DNA of 64,000 nt from Candidatus Omnitrophota bacterium (lineage in GTDB: Bacteria > Omnitrophota > Gorgyraeia > 2-01-FULL-45-10): positions 8,518-72,517 of the forward strand of contig JAUYOL010000015.1 in NCBI GenBank assembly GCA_030695905.1, written 5' to 3'. Shown here piece after piece: positions 26,057 to 35,612 of the stretch (the stretch's first letter is position 1; each line of letters opens with the position of its first letter). A program made the position numbers and the translations under genes. The notes below the pieces were generated by a model, which was given only the letters and a program-made list of their open reading frames with translations, was not told the DNA's origin and ran no database searches.

Positions 26057-27766
26057 ATGTCAGAGAATGCGGAAAATCAAATTATTGAAACGGATATTCT
26101 GATTATCGGAAGTGGTCCGGCGGGGCTATCCGCCGCGATTCATTTTACCGATCTTATATGTCAGCATAATAAGGCTGTCGAGGCCAGATCGTTAAATGAA
26201 GCAAAGCTTCCTTTAAATGTTATGCTCCTTGAAAAGGCCCACGCTTTAGGAAACCATACTCTCTCAGGCGCTGTAATTAATCCGGTTTCGCTCCGCCAGC
26301 TTTTACCTGATATTGCAGATAAAGATATGCCTTTTGAAAGCCCGGTTCTTAAAGAAGATATCCGGTTTTTCACCAAAGATAAATCTTTCAAGCTTCCTTT
26401 CAAGCCGCCTTATATGTCCAACAAAGGAAATTATATCTCATGCTTGGGTAAAGTGGTGCGCTGGCTCGGCGGGATCGCGGAAAAAAAAGGCGCTCAAGTA
26501 TTTACCGGTATTAGCGCCTGCGAGCTTCTTTTTGAAAACGGCAAGGTCGCGGGCGTTCGGACCTGCGCTTCAGGTATTGATAAACATGGCATGAGGCTGC
26601 CGAATTACCAGCCCCCCGCAGATGTCAGGGCCAAGATCACCATTCTCGCTGAAGGGGTAAGAGGATATCTTACTAAGGCGCTGATCAAGCAATTGAGTTT
26701 ATCGAGAAATCGCAATCCGCAAGTTTATTCTTTAGGCGTCAAAGAGGTTTGGAAAATACCGGAAGGCGTATTTAAACCCGGTCATGTCATGCACACTCTT
26801 GGCTACCCGCTCGATTTTAATCAATTTGGAGGCGGTTTTGTTTATGGCTTAAGCAAGGATCTCATAGCTGTCGGCTTTGTCGTTGGTTTGGATTACAACG
26901 ACCCTACTTTTGATATACATCATGCGCTTCAAATTTACAAAATGCACCCCCATATTCTTCGTATTATTAAAGACGGTAAAATAGTGCGTTATGGAGCTAA
27001 AACTATACCGGAAGGCGGGTTTTTTTCTATGCCCCAACTGTACCATGATAATGTGATGATCGTAGGTGATTCTGCCGGCTTTACGTCTGTGCCCAGCCTG
27101 AAAGGAGTCCATCTGGCAATCCAGTCCGGGATGCTTGCGGCGAAAACAGCGTTTGATGCCATCAAAAAGAATAACACCTCCGCCGGTCAGCTTGCCGTTT
27201 ACGAAGAACTCTTTAAAAAAAGCCCTGCCTATAAAGAGCTTTATGCCGTCAGGAATTTCCGCCAGGGCTTTAAAACAAATTTATTATTTGGCATGTTGCA
27301 GTTTGGCGCGCAAATTTTAACCGGCGGCCGCGGCTTATCTTTGAGCGGGAGGCAAGCCATAAAGGAAGATTATAAACATTGCCGGTTGATCAAAGAGCTG
27401 AATGGGAGAACATTTTTAGAGCGGAATAAGGACAAGCTGGCTTTCGATGATAAAATGACATTTAGTAAGGAAGCCGATCTATTTTATTCCGGGACAAAGC
27501 ATAATGAAGAACAGCCCTCTCATATTGTGGTGCCGAGTGCCGATGTTTGCCAGGAGTGCATTAAAAAGTATAATGCGCCATGCCAGAGATTCTGTCCATC
27601 AGATGTTTTTGAAATCACCACTGATCCGAAAACAGGAAAAAAAGAATTAGTACTTCATCCATCGAATTGCCTGCACTGCAAGACATGTGATATTAAAGAC
27701 CCCTTCGAAAATGCAATATGGAACCCGCCCTACGGCGGCGATGGCCCGCGATACGAGAGTATGTGA
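26057..27766 (+). CDS. Electron-transfer-flavoprotein:quinone oxidoreductase (ETF-QO / FixC-FixX-like).
   Basis: FAD Rossmann ILIIGSGPAGLSAAI; a C-terminal ferredoxin-like 4Fe-4S region (CQECIKKYNAPCQRFCP ... CLHCKTCDIKDP). Confidence 0.85.
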   Translation: MSENAENQIIETDILIIGSGPAGLSAAIHFTDLICQHNKAVEARSLNEAKLPLNVMLLEKAHALGNHTLSGAVINPVSLRQLLPDIADKDMPFESPVLKEDIRFFTKDKSFKLPFKPPYMSNKGNYISCLGKVVRWLGGIAEKKGAQVFTGISACELLFENGKVAGVRTCASGIDKHGMRLPNYQPPADVRAKITILAEGVRGYLTKALIKQLSLSRNRNPQVYSLGVKEVWKIPEGVFKPGHVMHTLGYPLDFNQFGGGFVYGLSKDLIAVGFVVGLDYNDPTFDIHHALQIYKMHPHILRIIKDGKIVRYGAKTIPEGGFFSMPQLYHDNVMIVGDSAGFTSVPSLKGVHLAIQSGMLAAKTAFDAIKKNNTSAGQLAVYEELFKKSPAYKELYAVRNFRQGFKTNLLFGMLQFGAQILTGGRGLSLSGRQAIKEDYKHCRLIKELNGRTFLERNKDKLAFDDKMTFSKEADLFYSGTKHNEEQPSHIVVPSADVCQECIKKYNAPCQRFCPSDVFEITTDPKTGKKELVLHPSNCLHCKTCDIKDPFENAIWNPPYGGDGPRYESM

Positions 27767-27787
27767 AAATTATAGGCATCAGTATAA

Positions 27788-28342
27788 ATGCATTCTTTTC
27801 TCGAACTTGTAAATAAAAGAAGCAGCGTGAGAAGGTATTCCGCGAGGCCGATACCGCGGGAAGTCATTGGTAGATGCCTCGAGGCAGCGCGGCTGGCGCC
27901 GTCTGCCTGCAATTCACAGCCATGGTATTTTATAATAGTCGACGACCCCTCATTGAAGGATAAGATTTCAGCTGCGGCCTTTTCCGGAATATATTCGATG
28001 AACTCGTTCGCTAAAAACGCGCCTGCGCTTGCTGTAGTGGTCAGAGAGAAATCCAGCCGGCTTGCTGCTGCCGGAGGATGTTTCAGGGGCGTTCAGTACA
28101 ATCTGATAGATATCGGCATAGCATGCGAGCATTTTATTCTGCAGGCCGCGGAGGATGGTGTCGGGACATGCTGGCTCGGCTGGTTCAATGAAAGAGCGGT
28201 AAAGAAGGCTCTGGGCATACCAAGAGAGAAGAAGGCCGACATGATAATAAGCATGGGTTATCCTGAAAAGATAAGCGAGAGGCCCAAGACGAGAAAGTCT
28301 TTAGACGAGATCAGCACCTTCAATAATCCCCACAAATCATAA
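27788..28342 (+). CDS. Nitroreductase-family FMN oxidoreductase.
   Basis: RSSVRRYSARPIPREVI ... APSACNSQPW, the classic nitroreductase N-terminal motifs. Confidence 0.8.
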   Translation: MHSFLELVNKRSSVRRYSARPIPREVIGRCLEAARLAPSACNSQPWYFIIVDDPSLKDKISAAAFSGIYSMNSFAKNAPALAVVVREKSSRLAAAGGCFRGVQYNLIDIGIACEHFILQAAEDGVGTCWLGWFNERAVKKALGIPREKKADMIISMGYPEKISERPKTRKSLDEISTFNNPHKS

Positions 28343-28366
28343 ATAAAATCAAATAAGATATTTTTC

Positions 28367-28395
28367 TTGACAAGAAACGCCATGTCTGGTATTAT
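28367..28395 (+). promoter_or_regulatory. Sigma70-like promoter: TTGACA, a 17-bp spacer, then TATTAT. It drives the small cytochrome gene.
   Basis: A consensus -35 at 28367-28372 and a -10 at 28390-28395, immediately followed by the palindrome. Confidence 0.45.
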
Positions 28396-28411
28396 TGAAA
28401 ACGATTTTCAA
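28395..28411. promoter_or_regulatory. 17-bp palindromic operator-like site TTGAAAACGATTTTCAA (copy 1), overlapping the -10/TSS.
   Basis: A perfect 7-3-7 inverted repeat. A near-identical copy lies upstream of the next gene. Confidence 0.45.
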
Positions 28412-28440
28412 TAAGTGAGTGGATCAAGGGGTGAATAAAT

Positions 28441-28701
28441 TTGAAAGTGGTAATTTTGGTAGCCATAATGATCTTGTTTGGCTGTGCCGCCGCGACAAAA
28501 CAACTTAACGCCCAAGCGCGAGACCCGGATTTATTATACCGCGCTAAATGTACGGCGTGTCATAGATTATATCCGCCCCAGGATTATACTTATCAGAAGT
28601 TTCAGGTATACGTAACAAGATACGGTTCAGGCCTTAGTGACGAAGAGCGGCCCAGGCTTTTAGACTATTTAGCAGAGAACGCAAAACAGGAGCGCGAATG
28701 A
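28441..28701 (+). CDS. Small lipoprotein monoheme c-type cytochrome (86 aa).
   Basis: A signal peptide with lipobox LFGC, and a single CxxCH (AKCTACHRL). Confidence 0.5.
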   Translation: MKVVILVAIMILFGCAAATKQLNAQARDPDLLYRAKCTACHRLYPPQDYTYQKFQVYVTRYGSGLSDEERPRLLDYLAENAKQERE

Positions 28702-28757
28702 AGAACAAAAATAGGTAATAATTAAGAGGGGAGGGTAGAAATTTTTTTAAGATATAA

Positions 28758-28774
28758 TTGAAAATGATTTTCAA
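28758..28774. promoter_or_regulatory. 17-bp palindromic operator-like site TTGAAAATGATTTTCAA (copy 2), overlapping a TATAAT (28753-28758).
   Basis: It matches the palindrome at 28395-28411 at 16 of 17 positions, in the same position relative to a -10 hexamer. An RBS aggagg follows. Confidence 0.45.
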
Positions 28775-28789
28775 TAAAAGGAGGATAAG

Positions 28790-29515
28790 ATGTTTAAGAA
28801 AATAACAGCTGTTTTTATTGTGTGCCTTTTAGGCATCACATGCATTTCAGAAAATGTTTTTGCTGATAGAAGAAGCTATGTATGGACCTATGAGTACCAG
28901 ACCATGCCCAAAGGGATGGCCGAGATTGAATACTATTTGACAGAGGAGCAGAAAAACATAAATAAAGCTAAGCCCAATACCTGGAAACACTGGTTTGAGC
29001 TGGAATACGGCATCACGGACCATTGGGATATAAGCATGTATCAGCAGTTCAAACAGTCCAATACAATTTCATCCAGCACATTCGAATACGACGGGTTTAA
29101 GGTCAGAACAAGGTATCGATTTTTTGAGAAGGATAAACTGCCCGTTGACACCATGTTATACCTTGAATATATAAGGAACGATAATCTCGAGAAGCCGAAT
29201 GTGCTGGAGGGGAAAATCATCTTTGCCAAAGATATTGCCAATTTTAATATAGCCTATAATCAGATATTGAAACAGGAATTGGCCTATGCCGGCAAAACCG
29301 AACATGAATATGCGGCAGGCGTAAGTTACGAAATAACACCGGCATTTAAAATCGGGATTGAATCGAAGGGCAACTATACGGACCGAAAATATTATGTCGG
29401 CCCGACTATAGGATGGGCGTCGTCCAAATTCTGGGTTTCTGCGGGTGTTGCAGCCGGACTTAATGAGCAAAGCGATGATATGCAGGTCAGGATGATAATG
29501 GGATTCCTTTTCTGA
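28790..29515 (+). CDS. Outer-membrane beta-barrel protein (small, 241 aa).
   Basis: A signal peptide, alternating amphipathic beta-strand pattern, aromatic girdle residues, and a C-terminal ..GFLF (terminal Phe OMP signature). Confidence 0.45.
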   Translation: MFKKITAVFIVCLLGITCISENVFADRRSYVWTYEYQTMPKGMAEIEYYLTEEQKNINKAKPNTWKHWFELEYGITDHWDISMYQQFKQSNTISSSTFEYDGFKVRTRYRFFEKDKLPVDTMLYLEYIRNDNLEKPNVLEGKIIFAKDIANFNIAYNQILKQELAYAGKTEHEYAAGVSYEITPAFKIGIESKGNYTDRKYYVGPTIGWASSKFWVSAGVAAGLNEQSDDMQVRMIMGFLF

Positions 29516-29519
29516 TGAT

Positions 29520-30950
29520 TTAAAATAAGAATGATTGCGACGCCCTGACCCAATTTAAAAAAGGAGCGGGATAGAGGCCTACTATTAACACGCCTGTCAT
29601 TACTATAACAAGCGCGGCCTGAAGAGGCAATGATCTTTGCCCGGCACTCGCCACTTTTGGTTCATCAAGGTACATAAACTTGATTACCCGCATATAGTAA
29701 TACGCCGCTACCACACTATTTACGACACCTGCTATAGCAAGAAGAATGAACTTCGATTGGATCGCGGCGGCAAATACCAGGAATTTTCCCAAAAACCCCG
29801 CTAACGGCGGTACCCCCGCGAGCGATAGTAAAAATACGGTCAGCATGAATGCGGTGAAAGGATTCTTTTTGGAGAGTCCCGCATAATCTTCTATTGCGTC
29901 ACTTCCTATAGAGTTTGAAACCAGAATAATACATCCAAAGGCGCCTAAGTTCATGAGAGCGTAGGCAAGGATATAATACATGACGCCTTCCATCCCCGAC
30001 GCGGTTCCGACAACAAAGCCTATGAGTATATATCCGGCCTGAGCTATGGATGAGTATGCCAGCATGCGTTTTATGTTGCTTTGAGAAATAGCTATGACAT
30101 TTCCGATGGTCATGGTAAAAATCGATATGAGCATGACCAGGCCCGACCAGTTGGCGTATAGGGGAAGAAAATTTTCCGTAAATATGCGCAACAGTATGGC
30201 AAAACCTGCGGCCTTCGGCCCGGCAGAAATGAACGCAGTGACAGCCGTAGGCGCTCCTTGATATGCGTCTGGCGCCCACATATGGAACGGCACGAGCGCG
30301 CATTTGAAACTGATGCCTGCCAATATTAGTATAAGCAGAATTAATGCGACAAAAATGTTCACTTGCCCTGCTTTCAAGGCGCTTGAAATCAGAGACAGGT
30401 CTGTAGTGCCGAATAATCCATAGGCCAAAGAAATACCGTAAAGCATTATGCCTGTTGAAAGAGCGCCGAACAGGAAATATTTCAAAGCTCCCTCGCTTGA
30501 TAAAGGGTCGTGTTTAAGGAACGCGACCAGGATGTATGAAATTAACGAAAGCATCTCAAGTGATATGTAGATCATGAGCAGGTTATTTGACGAAACCGCC
30601 AGAAGGAGCGCGATAGCGGCGTTTAGAAGAAGAAAATAATATTCTCCCATGGATTCTTCTTTTAACGCCTTATAACCCATCGAGATCAGGATTACGATGC
30701 CGGTGACGAATAAGCATATCTCTTTAAAAAATAGAGAGAATGAATCGTTGGTGAGCATGTCAAAAAAGATGACCGGATTCGTTTTATGGCTTTGCGGCAG
30801 GCATAATGACGCGGCTACAACCGCTAAAAGGGCAAGTGCTCCCAGTATATGCTTATTTCTGATGAATAATGAAGAGATCAGAATTGTAATCGAAAATCCA
30901 AGCAGTATGATCTCCGGAGCGATAAATCTTATATTTTCAATGATGGTCAA
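29520..30950 (-). CDS. nuoN: NADH-quinone oxidoreductase subunit N.
   Basis: A 14-TM antiporter-like subunit, the last gene of the nuo operon. Gene order follows nuoM. Confidence 0.85.
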   Translation of the reverse strand: MTIIENIRFIAPEIILLGFSITILISSLFIRNKHILGALALLAVVAASLCLPQSHKTNPVIFFDMLTNDSFSLFFKEICLFVTGIVILISMGYKALKEESMGEYYFLLLNAAIALLLAVSSNNLLMIYISLEMLSLISYILVAFLKHDPLSSEGALKYFLFGALSTGIMLYGISLAYGLFGTTDLSLISSALKAGQVNIFVALILLILILAGISFKCALVPFHMWAPDAYQGAPTAVTAFISAGPKAAGFAILLRIFTENFLPLYANWSGLVMLISIFTMTIGNVIAISQSNIKRMLAYSSIAQAGYILIGFVVGTASGMEGVMYYILAYALMNLGAFGCIILVSNSIGSDAIEDYAGLSKKNPFTAFMLTVFLLSLAGVPPLAGFLGKFLVFAAAIQSKFILLAIAGVVNSVVAAYYYMRVIKFMYLDEPKVASAGQRSLPLQAALVIVMTGVLIVGLYPAPFLNWVRASQSFLF

Positions 30951-32425
30951 AATATCAATCCCCCGAGTTTTTGTATGAGTGAGTTGACAGATACAAGCTG
31001 GTATTTAAGCGCTAATAAAGGATATACGCCTATCGCTATTGTGATTATCGCAAGGGGTATCAATGTAAAAAGCTCGCGTTTATTTATATCAAGAATGGCC
31101 GCCCATTTTTGATTTAAAGGCCCAAGAAGCACTCTCTGGATCATATATAAGAAATATCCCGCGGTTATGATTAATCCTAAGACGGAAACAATAGTTATTA
31201 TTTTGAATACAGGATATGCTCCCATAAGCGCCATGAATTCACTTACGAACCCGCTTAAGCCGGGAAGGCCCAGCGATGCGAGCGTGAATACGGTCAGTAT
31301 CCCGCCATAGACAGGCATCTTCACGCCAAGCCCCCCGAATTTATCAAGCTCTCTTGTATGCGCGCGATCATAAAGCACGCCGACCAGGAAGAACATCCCG
31401 CCTGTTATTATTCCGTGATTGAACATTTCAAGAAGAGCGCCGTTAAGCCCGGTTACAGACATGCTGGCCAGGCCGAGCATTACAAATCCCATGTGGCTTA
31501 CAGATGAATAAGCGACCATTTTTTTAAAATCTGTCTGTGCCATTGCCACGAACGCTCCGTAAACTATGTTTATTACACCGACGATAGCAAATGGCAGCGC
31601 AAAATAATGCGCTGCGTCCCTTAATAACGGAAAACTTATTCTGAAGAAACCATACCCTCCCATCTTAAGCAAAACACCGGCCAGTAAAACGCTTATAGGG
31701 GTCGGCGCTTCGACGTGCGCGTCAGGAAGCCATGTGTGGAAGGGGAAGGCCGGGACTTTTACCGCGAACCCGAGATAAAAAGCTATGAATATTATGATCT
31801 GCATACCCAGCGTCAAGGCATTTCCCGTTTTACCGAGTTCCAATATATTGAAAGTATGCGGCGCGGACATGAAGTAGAGCGCAAGTATACCCAGAAGCAT
31901 GAAGACCGAGCCTGCCAGGGTATATATAAAGAACTTTATGGCAGCGTATTCTTTTCTCGGGCCGCCCCAGATGCCTATCAAAAAATACATCGGGACCAAT
32001 ACTATTTCCCATAGGACATAGAATAGGACAAGGTCGAGCGCGGCAAATGTGCCGAGCATGCCGGTTGAGAGCAGTAGATATAAGAAGAAATATTCCTTCT
32101 GCCGTGTATCTATGCCGTAAGATCCTATGCACGCCAGGAAACTCAATAAAGTCGTCAGGACTATAAGGCCGATACTTAAGCCGTCTACGCCGAGGTGATA
32201 GAATACATTTATCGACGGGATCCAGCTTGCGATCTCCTCAAATTGCATTGCGCTGCTTGAGTGGTTAAACTTCAGCAATAAAAGGACGGAGAGTATAAAA
32301 GAAATAGCGGTGGCAGCCGTGGCGATCGTTTTTATCAATACTATATTTCTTTTGGGAGCGAAAAGTATTAATATGCCGCCAACCAGCGGCAAAAATACAA
32401 TATAAGACAAAATCGGGAAATGCAT
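30947..32425 (-). CDS. nuoM: NADH-quinone oxidoreductase subunit M.
   Basis: An ND4/NuoM-like antiporter subunit, 492 aa, with the conserved ..HTWLPDAH.. region. Confidence 0.85.
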   Translation of the reverse strand: MHFPILSYIVFLPLVGGILILFAPKRNIVLIKTIATAATAISFILSVLLLLKFNHSSSAMQFEEIASWIPSINVFYHLGVDGLSIGLIVLTTLLSFLACIGSYGIDTRQKEYFFLYLLLSTGMLGTFAALDLVLFYVLWEIVLVPMYFLIGIWGGPRKEYAAIKFFIYTLAGSVFMLLGILALYFMSAPHTFNILELGKTGNALTLGMQIIIFIAFYLGFAVKVPAFPFHTWLPDAHVEAPTPISVLLAGVLLKMGGYGFFRISFPLLRDAAHYFALPFAIVGVINIVYGAFVAMAQTDFKKMVAYSSVSHMGFVMLGLASMSVTGLNGALLEMFNHGIITGGMFFLVGVLYDRAHTRELDKFGGLGVKMPVYGGILTVFTLASLGLPGLSGFVSEFMALMGAYPVFKIITIVSVLGLIITAGYFLYMIQRVLLGPLNQKWAAILDINKRELFTLIPLAIITIAIGVYPLLALKYQLVSVNSLIQKLGGLIF

Positions 32426-32427
32426 CT

Positions 32428-34347
32428 TTATCCTCCTATTAATTTAACAAAAATAATAAGCGCCAGGCAGAAGAACGCTATGAGTAAATACGTCTGGATA
32501 TAACCCGTTTGAATCCGCCGCAATGTGGCTGAAAATAATCCCACGACATTCGCAGTCATATTTACCGCGCCGTCCACTATATAACGGTCTATCCAGGCTT
32601 TTATCTTACTTAAGATAACAGCCACCCGGGCAGTCCCATTAACGGCGCCATCTATTATGCCCAGATCGAATTTAGACGCAAGGCGGGCCAGGCGGACAGC
32701 CGGTTTAATAAATATAAATTCATAAATTTCATCGATATAATATTTGTTATATAAGAGGTTATACAGGGGCGCGAATTTATTTCGTATTCCAAGCGGCAAT
32801 ATTTTGTTCTTCATTATATAGAATAGATACGCTGTCCCTATGCCTAACGATGCCGCAAGAGTAGAAAGAAGCATGACGAGATAATTCGGGGCGAGGCTCT
32901 CGGAATTCTCGGATAGGCCGGGATGGATAAAGGCCTGAAACGCATTATGCATAAAAGGGGACCCCACGAAGCCTATAAATATAGCAAATATCGCCAGTAT
33001 AGACAGTGGGATGGTCATTACTTTCGGAGATTCATGAGGGTGGAGTTCCGACCGCGGTTTTCCGAATAGGACCAAAAATATAAGCCTGAACATGTAAAAT
33101 GCCGTCAAAAGGCTCGTTATCATCGCTATTGCAAAAAGATAAGGATGTCCGCTATGCAAGGCCTCGGACAGTATCTCGTCTTTTGACCAGAATCCGGAGA
33201 ATGGCGGCACGCCTGAAATTGCGAGACTCGCTATTACAAAAGTCATGCCCGTAATCTTCATCTTTTGAAATATGCCGCCCATCTGGCGTATATCCTGAGT
33301 ATGTATAGAATGTATTACGCTGCCGGCGCATAGGAAGAGAAGAGCCTTAAAAAAGGCGTGCGTCATGAGATGGAATGTTCCCGCGGAATATCCGCCCACA
33401 CCCAGGCCTATCATCATGAACCCCAGCTGGCTTATGGTCGAATACGCAAGTATACGTTTTATGTCATTATTTACAGTCGCGATGGTGGCGGCAAAGATAG
33501 CCGTAGTCGCGCCGATATACGCCACCCAGATCAGCGCCGGCTGATGCGCCAAAAATAATACAAAGCATCTGGCGACCAGATACACTCCTGCGGCGACCAT
33601 TGTCGCTGCGTGGATCAGTGCCGAGACAGGTGTGGGACCCTCCATGGCGTCAGGCAGCCATACATGAAGCGGAACCTGTGCGGATTTTCCTATAGCGCCG
33701 CAGAATATCAGTAACGCCGCCGCAGTGAATAATGGGCTGTGGTCGGTTATGCCGGCCAGTCCGCTGAAATGTACCGTGTGAGCCGAGAAGAATAGGATAA
33801 ATACGCCGATCAAAAGGCCGGCATCTCCTATCCTCGTAGTTACGAATGCCTTCATGCCTGCTTTCGCGGCAGATGTTTTTTCGAACCAGAATGAGATTAA
33901 TAGGTACGAGCAGAGCCCTACTCCTTCCCAGAATATCAGAAGCGTAATAAAGTTGTCGGCGAGAAGAAGCCCGAGCATCGAACTCATAAAAAGCGACATA
34001 TAGGCGAAGAATCTGGAAAAACGCGGATCATCCTTCATGTAGCCTATAGAATATATCTGGATAAGCGTTCCGATGATAGTCACAACAAGAAGCATCATAC
34101 AGGTTAACGGGTCGACTATTACGCCGACATTTAATGACGTGGCGCCGAATACGATCCACTTAAATAGGGTATACGAGCCATGGCCCTTAAGTAATAAGGC
34201 AAACGTATAAATGGAAAGGCACAAAGAGATGCCACAGGCAAGGATCGACACAATCGCGCTTATCTTTTTAATCTTCCGACCGAAAAAGATATTTATCACA
34301 AATGCTAAAAAAGGGAAAACCGGTATTAGGTGCGCTATGTTTACCAT
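32428..34347 (-). CDS. nuoL: NADH-quinone oxidoreductase subunit L.
   Basis: ND5/NuoL-like, 639 aa, with a C-terminal extension (horizontal helix) and ..HVWLPDAMEGPTPVSALIHAATMV.. Confidence 0.85.
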   Translation of the reverse strand: MVNIAHLIPVFPFLAFVINIFFGRKIKKISAIVSILACGISLCLSIYTFALLLKGHGSYTLFKWIVFGATSLNVGVIVDPLTCMMLLVVTIIGTLIQIYSIGYMKDDPRFSRFFAYMSLFMSSMLGLLLADNFITLLIFWEGVGLCSYLLISFWFEKTSAAKAGMKAFVTTRIGDAGLLIGVFILFFSAHTVHFSGLAGITDHSPLFTAAALLIFCGAIGKSAQVPLHVWLPDAMEGPTPVSALIHAATMVAAGVYLVARCFVLFLAHQPALIWVAYIGATTAIFAATIATVNNDIKRILAYSTISQLGFMMIGLGVGGYSAGTFHLMTHAFFKALLFLCAGSVIHSIHTQDIRQMGGIFQKMKITGMTFVIASLAISGVPPFSGFWSKDEILSEALHSGHPYLFAIAMITSLLTAFYMFRLIFLVLFGKPRSELHPHESPKVMTIPLSILAIFAIFIGFVGSPFMHNAFQAFIHPGLSENSESLAPNYLVMLLSTLAASLGIGTAYLFYIMKNKILPLGIRNKFAPLYNLLYNKYYIDEIYEFIFIKPAVRLARLASKFDLGIIDGAVNGTARVAVILSKIKAWIDRYIVDGAVNMTANVVGLFSATLRRIQTGYIQTYLLIAFFCLALIIFVKLIGG

Positions 34348-34649
34348 TTCATTAAATTTAGTTTATTTACCAATATAGTCTTCACATTTCTGTATATCGA
34401 GATCACCAAACCCAGACCGACTACGGCCGAAGCAGCGGCAATAGCTATTACGAAAAGGGCAAATATCTGGCCCAAACCGTCGTTTGACCCCAAAAATTTA
34501 TTGAACATTATCAGGTTTATATTAGCCGCGTTTAATATCAATTCGATAGACATTAAAATCCCGATGGCATTCCTGCGTGTTAAGATTCCGAATATACCTA
34601 TTGAAAACAGTGCCGCGCTCAAGATCAAAAAATGGCTCTGGCAGATCAT
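34341..34649 (-). CDS. nuoK: NADH-quinone oxidoreductase subunit K.
   Basis: 102 aa, 3 TM, ND4L-like with a conserved Glu (..SIELILNAANINL..). Confidence 0.85.
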   Translation of the reverse strand: MICQSHFLILSAALFSIGIFGILTRRNAIGILMSIELILNAANINLIMFNKFLGSNDGLGQIFALFVIAIAAASAVVGLGLVISIYRNVKTILVNKLNLMKW

Positions 34650-35188
34650 CTCTTCCCCTGCCTTCCGATGACTATGGCCCCGACAAGTGCCGCCAGCGAG
34701 ATCAAAGATATGACTTCAAATGGCAGGACATATTTTGACATCAGAAGTTTTCCCAACTGCGGAAGGCCCAAAGGCGCCGTCTCCTGCCCGACGGCATGCC
34801 AGGCAGCCCTGGCTGTCACTTTAATAAGTATAAAAAATATTGCCAGTGATGCTAACGCGGGAATCCATATGCGCCGGATCATTTCACGCATAGAGCCGGT
34901 ATCGCCTTGCGCGGTCAGCATTATTGTAAAGATGAATAATGTTACTATGGCGCCTACATAGATCAGGATCTGCACGATAGCCAGGAATTCCGCGTCTAAA
35001 TATAAGTAGACGCACGCTATGCCTATCAGCGTGAGGGCAAGATATATAGCGCTATGGAATATGTTACGGCTCATCACGACTAAAGCTGCGAATAGTAACG
35101 TGCCGCAAGCGATTGTATAGAATGTCGCTTTGATCACTATGTCTTGAGGAATGCCGGTATTATTTAACAGTTGGATTAATCCACTCAC
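34646..35188 (-). CDS. nuoJ: NADH-quinone oxidoreductase subunit J.
   Basis: 180 aa, ND6-like, 5 TM. Sits between nuoI and nuoK. Confidence 0.8.
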   Translation of the reverse strand: MSGLIQLLNNTGIPQDIVIKATFYTIACGTLLFAALVVMSRNIFHSAIYLALTLIGIACVYLYLDAEFLAIVQILIYVGAIVTLFIFTIMLTAQGDTGSMREMIRRIWIPALASLAIFFILIKVTARAAWHAVGQETAPLGLPQLGKLLMSKYVLPFEVISLISLAALVGAIVIGRQGKR

Positions 35189-35612
35189 TATACTTCTCCG
35201 GATCTAACAGGTCTATATATAATTTATTACGGTCGTATACGCTTATCTCATATATCTTATTCATGTATACCGCGCTCGTCGGGCATACCTGCTGGCACAG
35301 CCCGCAAAAACAGCAAAGTTCCATGTTGTATTTAAACGTCTCAAGAGATTTTTTCTTATCTGCCTCTTTATGGGTAATGGCAAGGCACGCTGTCGGGCAT
35401 ATCTTTACGCATTGGTTGCAGACGATGCATTTTTCACGGCGCAAGTCCACCAGCCCTCTGAATCGTTCTGTCATAGGCTGTTTTTGCGTCGGATACTGGA
35501 GCGTTATCGCGGGCCTTAAGTGGTACTTTAGCGTAATTGCAAGCCCCTTTACGAGGCTCCACGCGCCGCCGATAACATTTTTCAAAAAATTTATCGTTTT
35601 AATAATAACCAT
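35160..35612 (-). CDS. nuoI: NADH-quinone oxidoreductase subunit I (2x[4Fe-4S] ferredoxin).
   Basis: Two CxxCxxCxxxCP motifs: CIVCNQCVKICP and CCFCGLCQQVCP. Confidence 0.9.
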   Translation of the reverse strand: MVIIKTINFLKNVIGGAWSLVKGLAITLKYHLRPAITLQYPTQKQPMTERFRGLVDLRREKCIVCNQCVKICPTACLAITHKEADKKKSLETFKYNMELCCFCGLCQQVCPTSAVYMNKIYEISVYDRNKLYIDLLDPEKYSEWINPTVK

